Positions 30,769 to 38,315 of a DNA stretch of 43,046 bases are shown in pieces. The first letter of the stretch is position 1; each line of letters starts with the position of its first letter. A model generated the notes under the pieces. That model was not told the origin of the DNA, did not search any database, and saw only the letters and a program-made list of their open reading frames with translations. Made by a program: the position numbers and the translations under genes. The DNA comes from a virus. The stretch lies in the IMG/VR virus record IMGVR_UViG_3300045988_012163, one strand, 5' to 3'.

Positions 30769-30972
30769 TTGCATCAGACTTTGAAACTGCTTTGCCATCT
30801 GTTGCAGCTGGTTTAACTGCGCCTGAGAGAGCTTACCGCTCTGCAAAAGTTTTTCAACCTCCGCTTTGGGGTCACCATGAAAATTTGCCTTGAATTGCTG
30901 GAACTGCTGCAGCATCTGCATGAAGCCGTTCCCTCCGCCGAGCGCTCCGAAAAAGGGATTATTCATCGCCAT
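30766..30972 (-). CDS. Unknown Q-rich 68-aa protein
   Basis: MAMNNPFFGALGGGNGFMQMLQQFQQFKANF...QAQLNQLQQMAKQFQSLMQ. Confidence 0.5.
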   Translation of the reverse strand: MAMNNPFFGALGGGNGFMQMLQQFQQFKANFHGDPKAEVEKLLQSGKLSQAQLNQLQQMAKQFQSLMQ

Positions 30973-31393
30973 CGTCCTCCTTGTGCTTCTTCTTGCCCTT
31001 TATTTCGCCCACAAGCGCCGCCAGACGGTCGAACTCATCGCGGGTGACAAACTTATCATCCATTTTTTTAGTATCATGAGGTTTGTTTTCAGCGTCTTCC
31101 GTGTAATTAAACGTCCTCATTGGAATAGGCGTGCCGCTTGCGTCTCGCTCCTTGATGTGGAAAACCATCGAGTTTGTTTCAAAGATAATTACTCGAGAAT
31201 TTGGGGCGACCATAAACCCATTTGCTTCTTCTTTTCCTCCGCTAATCCATACAACGCTTGTCTGCATTTGCTGCGGTTGAGCCGTTTGCGCAGGCATTTG
31301 TGGCTGCATCATCTGTTGCTGCCGCATCTGCATGAGGTTGTCCGGCATCGGCGGCGGATAATAGGGGTTGAAATAGGGATATGCCATGTTCAT
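30959..31393 (-). CDS. Unknown protein with P/Q/M-rich N-terminus and beta-rich core
   Basis: MNMAYPYFNPYYPPPMPDNLMQMRQQQMMQPQMPAQTAQPQQMQ, then VVWISGGKEEANGFMVAPNSRVIIFETNSMVFHIKERD, then a charged tail. Confidence 0.55.
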   Translation of the reverse strand: MNMAYPYFNPYYPPPMPDNLMQMRQQQMMQPQMPAQTAQPQQMQTSVVWISGGKEEANGFMVAPNSRVIIFETNSMVFHIKERDASGTPIPMRTFNYTEDAENKPHDTKKMDDKFVTRDEFDRLAALVGEIKGKKKHKEDDGDE

Positions 31394-31773
31394 TCCTCCG
31401 TTTCTTTTACCCAGTAATAAAGCGGGATTTCGTTCTCACTGTTCCAGCTGTCGTAGATCGTCCCATCCTGCACGCACACTACATGTCCGGAGAGGGCGAG
31501 AATATACGTACCGTGCGGGTGGTCATCGGCAAACCTCCCGACCGTGTAGCAGTCCGGGCAAGTGTCCGGCATGATGTAGCGCCGATAGCCGAGAGACCGC
31601 AGATACGCGCCCCAACAGGCATTTGCATTGGGAAGATCGCCGTCTAAGTATCCCTGTATGCACAGAGCTAAATAGATCTCGCCCCAGTCTTTCCCGGTCG
31701 CCTTGCAAATCGCGCGCACGGTGCAGTCGCTGACGTTGCGTCCGTTTGGATTCGGGTTGAAATAGCTATACAT
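31390..31773 (-). CDS. Putative papain-like cysteine peptidase fold protein
   Basis: Start MYSYFNPNPNG at 31773 (ATGTATAG overlap). Candidate triad C17 (SDCTVRAI), H97 (LSGHVV), D108/N111 (YDSWNS). Confidence 0.45.
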   Translation of the reverse strand: MYSYFNPNPNGRNVSDCTVRAICKATGKDWGEIYLALCIQGYLDGDLPNANACWGAYLRSLGYRRYIMPDTCPDCYTVGRFADDHPHGTYILALSGHVVCVQDGTIYDSWNSENEIPLYYWVKETEE

Positions 31774-31888
31774 GGAACATCTCCGCAAAGTAAACGTATG
31801 TTCTCAATTCGTCAGGGTCAGGAAAAAGCGCGAGAATGTCCATCGCCATTTGCTCGGTAAATCCACAAGCCAAAAGTCGTTCGTACAT
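31769..31888 (-). CDS. Small hypothetical protein (39 aa, below cutoff)
   Basis: AAGAAGGTG RBS. MYERLLACGFTEQMAMDILALFPDPDELRTYVYFAEMFHV. First ORF of the operon. Confidence 0.4.
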
Positions 31889-31944
31889 CTCGCGCACCTT
31901 CTTTCTTATTCTGTTTTTATGATGCCATAAAATTCGTTTGCCAA

Positions 31945-31973
31945 ATGGTCATCGTTTGGTCATTATTTGGTCA
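31945..31973. repeat. Three direct (A/T)TGGTCA repeats at 11-bp spacing
   Basis: ATGGTCA at 31945, TTGGTCA at 31956, TTGGTCA at 31967. Located in the divergent control region. Confidence 0.6.
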
Positions 31974-31994
31974 AAAAATATTTCAAAAAAGCTC

Positions 31995-32023
31995 TTGACA
32001 TACCACGCATTGCGTGGTATTAT
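31995..32023 (+). promoter_or_regulatory. Strong rightward promoter (TTGACA-17-TGgTATTAT) overlapped by the 21-bp palindrome ATACCACGCA-T-TGCGTGGTAT
   Basis: TTGACA at 31995..32000, extended -10 TGG-TATTAT at 32015..32023, palindrome at 32000..32020. Confidence 0.7.
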
Positions 32024-32067
32024 AATCACGTAAACAAAAGAGGGCAACAGCCCAGGAGGATATAAAA

Positions 32068-32337
32068 ATGAAGCTTACCGATGGAAAGAAGACCGTGGAG
32101 ATCAAGATCCAGCGTTGGAACGGTTCCGGCTATGACCCTGATTGGAGCGCCGATTACTTTAACGCAGGCTCCCTCCCGTACGATGAAGAGACCGACACCT
32201 ACACCGTCGAAGATGTAGATTACTGCATCGAGACCGCGAACAAAACAAACGAAGACGGCGCTTGCGGCAAGTACGACGAGAACGGCGATCTTGTCCGCGA
32301 CGAAGACATGTTCGTTTTTGTCGAGGAGCTGAATTAA
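32068..32337 (+). CDS. Small strongly acidic protein (anti-defence candidate)
   Basis: AGGAGG RBS. 89 aa with runs DEETD, VEDVD and DEDMFVFVEE. Confidence 0.6.
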   Translation: MKLTDGKKTVEIKIQRWNGSGYDPDWSADYFNAGSLPYDEETDTYTVEDVDYCIETANKTNEDGACGKYDENGDLVRDEDMFVFVEELN

Positions 32338-32351
32338 AGGAGGAGTTTACC

Positions 32352-32729
32352 ATGACCGATAAGCAGTTTTACAGCATCTTTTCGGACGCGCTCTCGAACG
32401 AGGGCGCGCCCCGCGAAGCCTTTGTCTCCGATTGGGCCCTTAGTTCCATTTGGGACGACGATAATCAAGATGTTCCGGAGGAGCGTATTGCCGAGGTCGG
32501 TGGTATTTGGGATGTTGCTCATCTATCGATCTGCGACATCCGCCAGTATACGGGTCTGTCTCAGGCGAAATTTGCAACTCGCTTTTGCATCCCTCGCCGA
32601 TCTATCGAGGACTGGGAGTCCGGTGCAAGGCACTGCCCCGACTATCTGCGGTTGTTGCTTGCACAGGCCGTTGGATTGTACAACGATCGTCGGTTTTGCG
32701 GCCAGATCAATTCTCGCCATGCGGACTAA
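32352..32729 (+). CDS. HTH protein (Aca/antitoxin-like)
   Basis: AAAGGAGG RBS, start MTDKQ. C-terminal HTH ICDIRQYTGLSQAKFATRFCIPRRSIEDWESGARHCPDYL. Confidence 0.6.
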   Translation: MTDKQFYSIFSDALSNEGAPREAFVSDWALSSIWDDDNQDVPEERIAEVGGIWDVAHLSICDIRQYTGLSQAKFATRFCIPRRSIEDWESGARHCPDYLRLLLAQAVGLYNDRRFCGQINSRHAD

Positions 32730-33309
32730 AAAATGTGTAACCTGCGGCAAGATTTTTTCCACCGATCGCGCAGAGCAGGCGAAGTGCGAGGACTGCCTTG
32801 CCGCATCCCGGTCAACCACCCTGCGCACGCGAACCTGCCACACCTGCGGGGCCAACTTCATCGGAGGGCCCAGAGCCAGCTACTGCCCAACCTGTCGGGC
32901 AGAGCGGCAGAAGGCCCAGAAGCAAAAGTACCGGGCCACCGGTTTTTCCCGGCATCTGGGAGATATCGATAACTGCGTGATCTGCGGTGGAGAGTATGTC
33001 ATCCAATCTGGCTTGCAAAAGTATTGTCCAAAATGCGCCCCGGATGCCGTCCGCGAGATCGACCGCGCGCAGTCAAAAAACTGGAATACCGCACACGATT
33101 ACTACATAAAACGCCGCAAAAAATCCCGCAGCGGCGTAAAGGTCTGTGTTGTCTGCGGCCGGGAGATAGTGCCCGGTACCCCTACCGTCACCTGTTCCCC
33201 CGAGTGCGCCGCCGCCCACCGAAAAGAGGTTCAGAAACGCGCGGACGCCAAGCGCCGGAGCGGGACGAAATCAAAGCAAAACGAAGTCAAAAAAGAGAGC
33301 ACCGATTAA
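32719..33309 (+). CDS. Basic protein with four CxxC...CxxC zinc-ribbon repeats
   Basis: CVTCG..CEDC, CHTCG..CPTC, CVICG..CPKC, CVVCG..CSPEC. K/R-rich tail. Overlaps the upstream gene by 11 nt. Confidence 0.55.
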   Translation: MRTKKCVTCGKIFSTDRAEQAKCEDCLAASRSTTLRTRTCHTCGANFIGGPRASYCPTCRAERQKAQKQKYRATGFSRHLGDIDNCVICGGEYVIQSGLQKYCPKCAPDAVREIDRAQSKNWNTAHDYYIKRRKKSRSGVKVCVVCGREIVPGTPTVTCSPECAAAHRKEVQKRADAKRRSGTKSKQNEVKKESTD

Positions 33310-33551
33310 CCTCGGTGCTCTCTTTGCCCATCCGCGATTTTTTTGTATGCTCGCCTGCGGCAGCGGTTGACCGCCTCCGGCGACAGGTGCAGCGCTGCAC
33401 ACACTTGCGCGTAGCTCTTGCGCCGCACGTCGCACTCGATAATGCACGCCGCCTCGTCCTGCGGCAGCTCGAAGGATAAGATATACGCCACGGCCCGCTT
33501 GGGGGCCATAGAGGATAATTGCGCGCGGATTGACCTGTGCTGACTGTCCAT
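33306..33551 (-). CDS. Sigma-70 region-4-like small HTH protein
   Basis: 81 aa. PKRAVAYILSFELPQDEAACIIECDVRRKSYAQVCAALHLSPEAVNRCRRRAYKKI. Weak RBS. The long ORF to 33746 overlaps the endolysin gene. Confidence 0.45.
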   Translation of the reverse strand: MDSQHRSIRAQLSSMAPKRAVAYILSFELPQDEAACIIECDVRRKSYAQVCAALHLSPEAVNRCRRRAYKKIADGQREHRG

Positions 33552-33628
33552 GCCCGTGTAGGGCTTGCAGAGGCGCTTGCGCGTGGGCTTTCGCCGCCCG
33601 CTCCTTCCTGTGCCCGAATCGGACACCG

Positions 33629-34237
33629 TTATTTTGTTGCTCTCTGGATCATCGTCACGACTTCCTGCCGCGTGATAAGTCTCTGCGGCGCGCTGCCGTC
33701 CGTAATGCCAGCCGCCTTTGCCGCCGCCCAGTCCTTCGCCGCCCACGAAGAGACGGGCTTGGTGCCGAGCTGCGATAAATAGCTGTCCATCATCTTGTTA
33801 AACGTTGCCTGATCCATGTACTCCTCCATTTCCGGCGGGTACTTCCCCGCCAAGATCATGCTCCCTGTGTATCGCATATGGTCGTCCCATTGAAAATGCG
33901 GCTTGTCGGGGAATTTCTTCCAGTCGCCCCCCCACGAAAAACCGACTTGCTTGCCGATCTGCCCGCAGCGGGCGAAGAACGACGGATCGTCGTACTCATG
34001 CCCCTTGACGTTTTTGCAGATGTCGAACGCCAGCCCCGCCTTAACGCCGTGGAACGTCGGCCTTGTCGCGTTTTTCGCCGCGTAGCCCATGCGCGCAAGA
34101 TAGCGCTGATACTCGTCATCTCGCACCGTCTCCGTCACCAGAACCGGAAGCCCCGCTTCCTTGCAGAGGTCGAGGAAGATGACACAGTTTGCGCGCACGT
34201 CCGCCCGCAGGTCAGCAATGTCCCTACTGTGATACAT
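33629..34237 (-). CDS. Endolysin, peptidase M15 (VanY/LD-carboxypeptidase-like)
   Basis: Start MYHSRD at 34237. TFHGVKAGLAFDI (S/T-x-H-x-x-G-x-A-x-D type) and KPHFQWD motifs. Follows the holins. Confidence 0.75.
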   Translation of the reverse strand: MYHSRDIADLRADVRANCVIFLDLCKEAGLPVLVTETVRDDEYQRYLARMGYAAKNATRPTFHGVKAGLAFDICKNVKGHEYDDPSFFARCGQIGKQVGFSWGGDWKKFPDKPHFQWDDHMRYTGSMILAGKYPPEMEEYMDQATFNKMMDSYLSQLGTKPVSSWAAKDWAAAKAAGITDGSAPQRLITRQEVVTMIQRATK

Positions 34238-34469
34238 CGCTGTCACCCTTGCCGTCCTCGTCCTTGCTTTTGTTGTAGCTGGACGTCGACACGCCGATGA
34301 GCGCGCCGATAAACAGCGCCACGGCGCTGATGGTGGTCGTGACCTGCTCGGTGTACCCCCACCCCCACACACCCGCGAGGGCGGCGTAGAGGCCGGAGCA
34401 GGCGGGCAGTACGATGAGCACGAGCCACTTGAGCACATCGTACACCTTGTTATTCAGTTCAAATTTCAT
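34224..34469 (-). CDS. Holin
   Basis: Start MKFELNNKVYDVLKWLVLIVLPA at 34469. Two TM segments and a charged C-tail KSKDEDGKGDSD. Confidence 0.7.
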   Translation of the reverse strand: MKFELNNKVYDVLKWLVLIVLPACSGLYAALAGVWGWGYTEQVTTTISAVALFIGALIGVSTSSYNKSKDEDGKGDSDVSQ

Positions 34470-34707
34470 TGTTCTTCTCCTTTCGTTTCCGTCCAACGAT
34501 AATTTCTACCAGTGTCAACAGCCCAGTAAAGGCTTCAATGATGCCGCCCGTACCCAGCAGGTACGGGAAGAGGTTGTCCCACTGCCACCCTTTGATGCTG
34601 TAAAAGATGACCGTGTAGATCACAAAAGCGGCGATGAAAATGCCAACGATAATCAAAATGATGTTCCTCGTTCGCAATTTTGACGCCTTTTTGATAAGGT
34701 GCTTCAT
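34459..34707 (-). CDS. Second holin-like two-TM protein
   Basis: Start MKHLIKK at 34707. TM segments IILIIVGIFIAAFVIYTVIFY and GGIIEAFTGLLTLVEIIV. Basic tail. Confidence 0.55.
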   Translation of the reverse strand: MKHLIKKASKLRTRNIILIIVGIFIAAFVIYTVIFYSIKGWQWDNLFPYLLGTGGIIEAFTGLLTLVEIIVGRKRKEKNNEI

Positions 34708-35006
34708 CCGACCGCCCCACTCAGCAGCCACGCGATAAAAGCGCCCGCCAGCGCCGCGAGAGCCTTGTCGACCAGCCCGTCCCAGCGCTTCCCTGCCTTG
34801 CCCGTAATGGCTTTCACGTCCTCTTTGATCTCCTTGACATCGCCCTCGACGGTCTCCTGCTTGGTCGCCAGCACCTCGACCGACGTTGCCAGCCTGTCAA
34901 GCGCCGTTTGGTGCTCCTGTAACTCATTGATTCGGTGTGTATTGCTCTTGCATCGGCTTTCGATCAGCGCGATCTCTGCATCATCGTAGTGCTTTGCATT
35001 ATCCAT
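34704..35006 (-). CDS. xhlA: XhlA-family lysis protein
   Basis: Coiled coil plus C-terminal TM (ALAALAGAFIAWLLSGAV). Lies upstream of the holin and endolysin, as in the PBSX-like cassette. Confidence 0.6.
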   Translation of the reverse strand: MDNAKHYDDAEIALIESRCKSNTHRINELQEHQTALDRLATSVEVLATKQETVEGDVKEIKEDVKAITGKAGKRWDGLVDKALAALAGAFIAWLLSGAVG

Positions 35007-35028
35007 ATCCCGCTCCCTTTCTGCGGCC

Positions 35029-35856
35029 TTAGACCGCCGTGAAATAGTTCCCTACCAGCTCGTGCGGCAAATACTGCAAGACGATCTTCCCGCCCGCGGC
35101 CTCGCCCGTGCGCTCGCAGAGGTACAGCTTAGTGTCCTCGGGGTCTTTGTAATAAAGACCATAGGTGTACTCCATACCACGAGCGGCCGGAATCGGGTCA
35201 TCTTGCGTGCCCGCGTGGTCGACGTTGATGATCGTCCACACGGCAGGGGTGGAGTGCGGCGGCCAGTTCTCTTGCGTGGTGTGGCCCTGACCTTTGTTGA
35301 CGCGGTAGACGTGCAGCACGCCGCTTTCGTCCATATCGCTGCGGCGGTCGCCGGGCTTGACGGTCTCGCCGATGTGATCCGCCCAGCGCGGGAACAACTC
35401 GGGCGACTTCGCCGCCTCGCCGTCAGAGAGCGACGCGCTGGCCTGCTCGATGACCGGGCGCAGCCTTGCCGCGCGCTGCGGCGTGATGCTCTGGCCGACC
35501 AGCGCCGTAACGGTCGCCTCCGAAAGCTCGGATTCCGTGGGCTTTCCCATCTTAACGCTCACCGTACCATTGCGGTGGTCAGTGATGTCGCCAGCAAGGC
35601 TGTACTCGCTGTTGTCGTACTCGTTGACGACCTCTTTGGTCTCGCCTGTGGGCTTGCCCTGCTCGTCCAACACGTCCACCATGTCGCGCTGCACAATGCT
35701 CCACGGGGTGTTGTCGGGCAGCAGCGCCGCGACCTCGGCGGAGGTCATCGTGAGTGTGATGGCCTTGGTGTCGCGCTCGCCCCACGAGCGGTCTTTGGGG
35801 TTGCCGTTGATCTCTGCGGGGTATTCGGTGTTGTTGACTTTGATGTAGATTGCCAT
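35029..35856 (-). CDS. Tail-fibre-associated / carbohydrate-binding-like structural protein
   Basis: 275 aa. Last structural gene before lysis. The C-terminal W/Y/H-rich region resembles small carbohydrate-binding modules. Confidence 0.4.
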   Translation of the reverse strand: MAIYIKVNNTEYPAEINGNPKDRSWGERDTKAITLTMTSAEVAALLPDNTPWSIVQRDMVDVLDEQGKPTGETKEVVNEYDNSEYSLAGDITDHRNGTVSVKMGKPTESELSEATVTALVGQSITPQRAARLRPVIEQASASLSDGEAAKSPELFPRWADHIGETVKPGDRRSDMDESGVLHVYRVNKGQGHTTQENWPPHSTPAVWTIINVDHAGTQDDPIPAARGMEYTYGLYYKDPEDTKLYLCERTGEAAGGKIVLQYLPHELVGNYFTAV

Positions 35857-35873
35857 GAATATCAGTCCTTTCC

Positions 35874-36662
35874 TTAGAAACAGAAGCCGAAGGACACGCT
35901 CAGCTCCTCGCTCGCGTAGTCGGCGTCGGCGATGCCGTTGAGGCCGGCAAGGCAGAACTTCTCGGAGTTGCTGTTATCCGGAGAGCGCCCCCACCAGTCG
36001 GCATTGATGCCGTTTCGGGTCTTTTTTTTGTTGTTGTTGTCCGCCTTGTAGTAGTCGTACTGCGTTCCCTCGCCCTTATAGGAATAAGTGACGCTGCCGA
36101 AAATCTCGATCTCGCTCAGCAGGAACAGCTTGTCCGCCGTGGTTTTTGGGCGGATGCTGCTGCTCAACATTGTCCGCTTATTCACCTCCCGGATGCTGTT
36201 CTGTACTTCTATCGGCATCAGCGCCAGAATGGCAGGCAAGTGCGTCTGCCGCATGGCGCAGCTCGTCCAGCCGCTCTTGCTGGTGTCGGAGCTATTCATC
36301 TGCTTTGTGTCCGCGTAGCAGTCGTGCAGCTGGAAGGTCAGCGGTGCCTTTCCGCCCGCAGTGTAGGTGTCGTGGTTTTTGCCGATGATGTCGATCTGGT
36401 AGTCCATTCCGTTGATGGTCATGGGCTTCTGGTCTTCCACCTTCCACGTGTCCGGCACTTCGTTATTGTGGCACGCTGCGATGATCTGCTCCCACGTATT
36501 GTTGGCAAACACAGGGTCGTAGGACGGCGCAAACGTGATATCATACCCCGTCCCGCCGATAAGCGTCCTGCCCTTCTTGATGCTGTACACAGTGCCATTG
36601 ACGAGGCATTTCCCGCCCTTTACTTCGTAGGCCGTACCATTGATGAGGGTCTTATGGCTCAT
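35874..36662 (-). CDS. Tail/receptor-binding accessory protein (unknown family)
   Basis: 262 aa. N-terminal repeated motifs LINGTAYEVKGGKCLVNGTVYSIKKGRTLIGGTGYDI. Confidence 0.45.
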   Translation of the reverse strand: MSHKTLINGTAYEVKGGKCLVNGTVYSIKKGRTLIGGTGYDITFAPSYDPVFANNTWEQIIAACHNNEVPDTWKVEDQKPMTINGMDYQIDIIGKNHDTYTAGGKAPLTFQLHDCYADTKQMNSSDTSKSGWTSCAMRQTHLPAILALMPIEVQNSIREVNKRTMLSSSIRPKTTADKLFLLSEIEIFGSVTYSYKGEGTQYDYYKADNNNKKKTRNGINADWWGRSPDNSNSEKFCLAGLNGIADADYASEELSVSFGFCF

Positions 36663-36823
36663 GCGCGCACCTCCACAGGCAACCCGCGTAGCCGCGCGTA
36701 CTCGGTCACGGCGTAGTGCAGCGGCGTACCTTCCTTGATGTGCACAGGCGCACCGTCCTTGAAAACGTACATAGCCTTGACCCTGTGCTTCTCGCCGCGC
36801 TCGTCTTTGATGTAAATCTCCAT
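36659..36823 (-). CDS. Small hypothetical protein (54 aa, below cutoff)
   Basis: AAGGAGG RBS. MEIYIKDERGEKHRVKAMYVFKDGAPVHIKEGTPLHYAVTEYARLRGLPVEVRA. ATGA overlap. Confidence 0.45.
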   Translation of the reverse strand: MEIYIKDERGEKHRVKAMYVFKDGAPVHIKEGTPLHYAVTEYARLRGLPVEVRA

Positions 36824-36835
36824 CTCCGCCCCTCC

Positions 36836-38086
36836 TTAGCCGTACACCCAGTTGATAGCGTAGTTCTCGGTGGGCGTGGTCTCCGTTGCAACCAGCGTCT
36901 GCTTGACGATGTTTCCGCTCGCGATATAGTCGCTGCCACGCGTCGCCGCCACCAGCCCGCCCGAGCCATTGCCCTTGATAAGAGAGGTGGTGGATGGGAC
37001 AGACGGGATGACTGTCGTGTCTGGAAGTGCGCCTACTTCAGAGGCTGTATAACTCGGCTTTGTCGCCGCTTTTGCCCACTCAGGCACGGTCGGGTCGGTT
37101 TCCTTGTAGCTCTGCAAAGCGCTGTCAGCCTTGCTCAAACTCGTCTGCACGTCTCTTGCAAGGTCAGATTTTGCCACTGTCGACTTAAACGCCAGACTGC
37201 CGAGATCGCTAAACCACTTTGCGATTTTCCCGAACAGCACGGAGAGCTTTTCGCCCGTCGCAATGTTTGTGCGGGTACTCGTTGCTGTGAACGCCGCCGT
37301 GACGTTGCTGCCGTCGCCGGTTTTGCCCAGCTTATCGACGAGTGCCGAGTACACGCCGCCAGACTGTACAGGGTTGGTGCTGCCCTGCGTAGGCGTTGCG
37401 TCGGTAGTTACCTTGACGTCCTTGATAGCATTATCAATGTATGCAAAGATGTCCTGGTGCTTGTTTTGAGGGTCATACACTGAGGCCAGCATGTCACCCG
37501 TACCAGCACCAGAAGCGCCACGGCAATAGCCTGCGTCATAGCTCGTGCCGTTCGACAGCGTCACGATAAGGTGATAGTCGCTCTGCCGGATGGTGATGCC
37601 AGTAATCGTGGGAGCATCTGCGCCGGGATTGCCCTGTGGACCAATTTCACCCTGAATACCCTGCTTACCCTGTTCACCCTGAATACCCTGCTTACCCTGT
37701 TCACCCTTGTCGCCTTTTTCGAGCACAAGGTTAAGCACCTGATTCGGAGCTTCGCCGGTAATGGTCGCGCTCGCCACCTTCCCGGACGTGACCGAGCCGA
37801 TGGTCAGCACGTTTGCGGGGCCGGTCGCGCCAGTCGCGCCGGTGTCGCCCTTGCTGCCCTGCGGGATGCCAAGCGCCAGCGTACCAGTCGACTTTTCGTA
37901 AGTTGCCGTTGCCGAGCTTCCAGCGGGTAGCGTTGTCACCGTGACTGATACAACACTCAGCGTGACAAAGTTCAGCAGCGTTTCGCCTTTCAGCTTCTTC
38001 GCCTTGCCGCTCTGCTCAAGCACAAAAAGGTCTTCGCCCGTGATCTGTAACGCTTGCGTGAGGTCGGAAATTGCTTTATCAGCCAT
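36836..38086 (-). CDS. Tail fibre with collagen-like G-x-y repeats
   Basis: GDKGEQGKQGIQGEQGKQGIQGEIGPQGNPGAD and GDTGATGATGPAN segments. 416 aa. Confidence 0.8.
   Translation of the reverse strand: MADKAISDLTQALQITGEDLFVLEQSGKAKKLKGETLLNFVTLSVVSVTVTTLPAGSSATATYEKSTGTLALGIPQGSKGDTGATGATGPANVLTIGSVTSGKVASATITGEAPNQVLNLVLEKGDKGEQGKQGIQGEQGKQGIQGEIGPQGNPGADAPTITGITIRQSDYHLIVTLSNGTSYDAGYCRGASGAGTGDMLASVYDPQNKHQDIFAYIDNAIKDVKVTTDATPTQGSTNPVQSGGVYSALVDKLGKTGDGSNVTAAFTATSTRTNIATGEKLSVLFGKIAKWFSDLGSLAFKSTVAKSDLARDVQTSLSKADSALQSYKETDPTVPEWAKAATKPSYTASEVGALPDTTVIPSVPSTTSLIKGNGSGGLVAATRGSDYIASGNIVKQTLVATETTPTENYAINWVYG
37647..37700. repeat. 27-bp tandem duplication inside the collagen-like segment
   Basis: CACCCTGAATACCCTGCTTACCCTGTT occurs twice in tandem, with a partial third copy. 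Confidence 0.9.
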
Positions 38087-38306
38087 CAGTTACCTCGCTT
38101 TCTTTCTCGAGCTTCGTCTTGCCCTCTTTGGCGGGCGGCTCTGCGGGGACGTGCGCCGCCTGCTGGTCAAGCCGCTCGAGGATCGCATATGCCTGCCTCA
38201 GCTCTCCCTTGACCTTTGCCATCTTCTCCGCGTCGTTCGCGGAGATCATCACCAAGGACAGCGTATTAAATGCGCTGTCAAGGATCTGCATTGCCTGCTT
38301 TGTCAT
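38079..38306 (-). CDS. Hypothetical protein
   Basis: 75 aa, helical, in tail-operon phase. Confidence 0.45.
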   Translation of the reverse strand: MTKQAMQILDSAFNTLSLVMISANDAEKMAKVKGELRQAYAILERLDQQAAHVPAEPPAKEGKTKLEKESEVTDG

Positions 38307-38315
38307 AGTGCCTCC

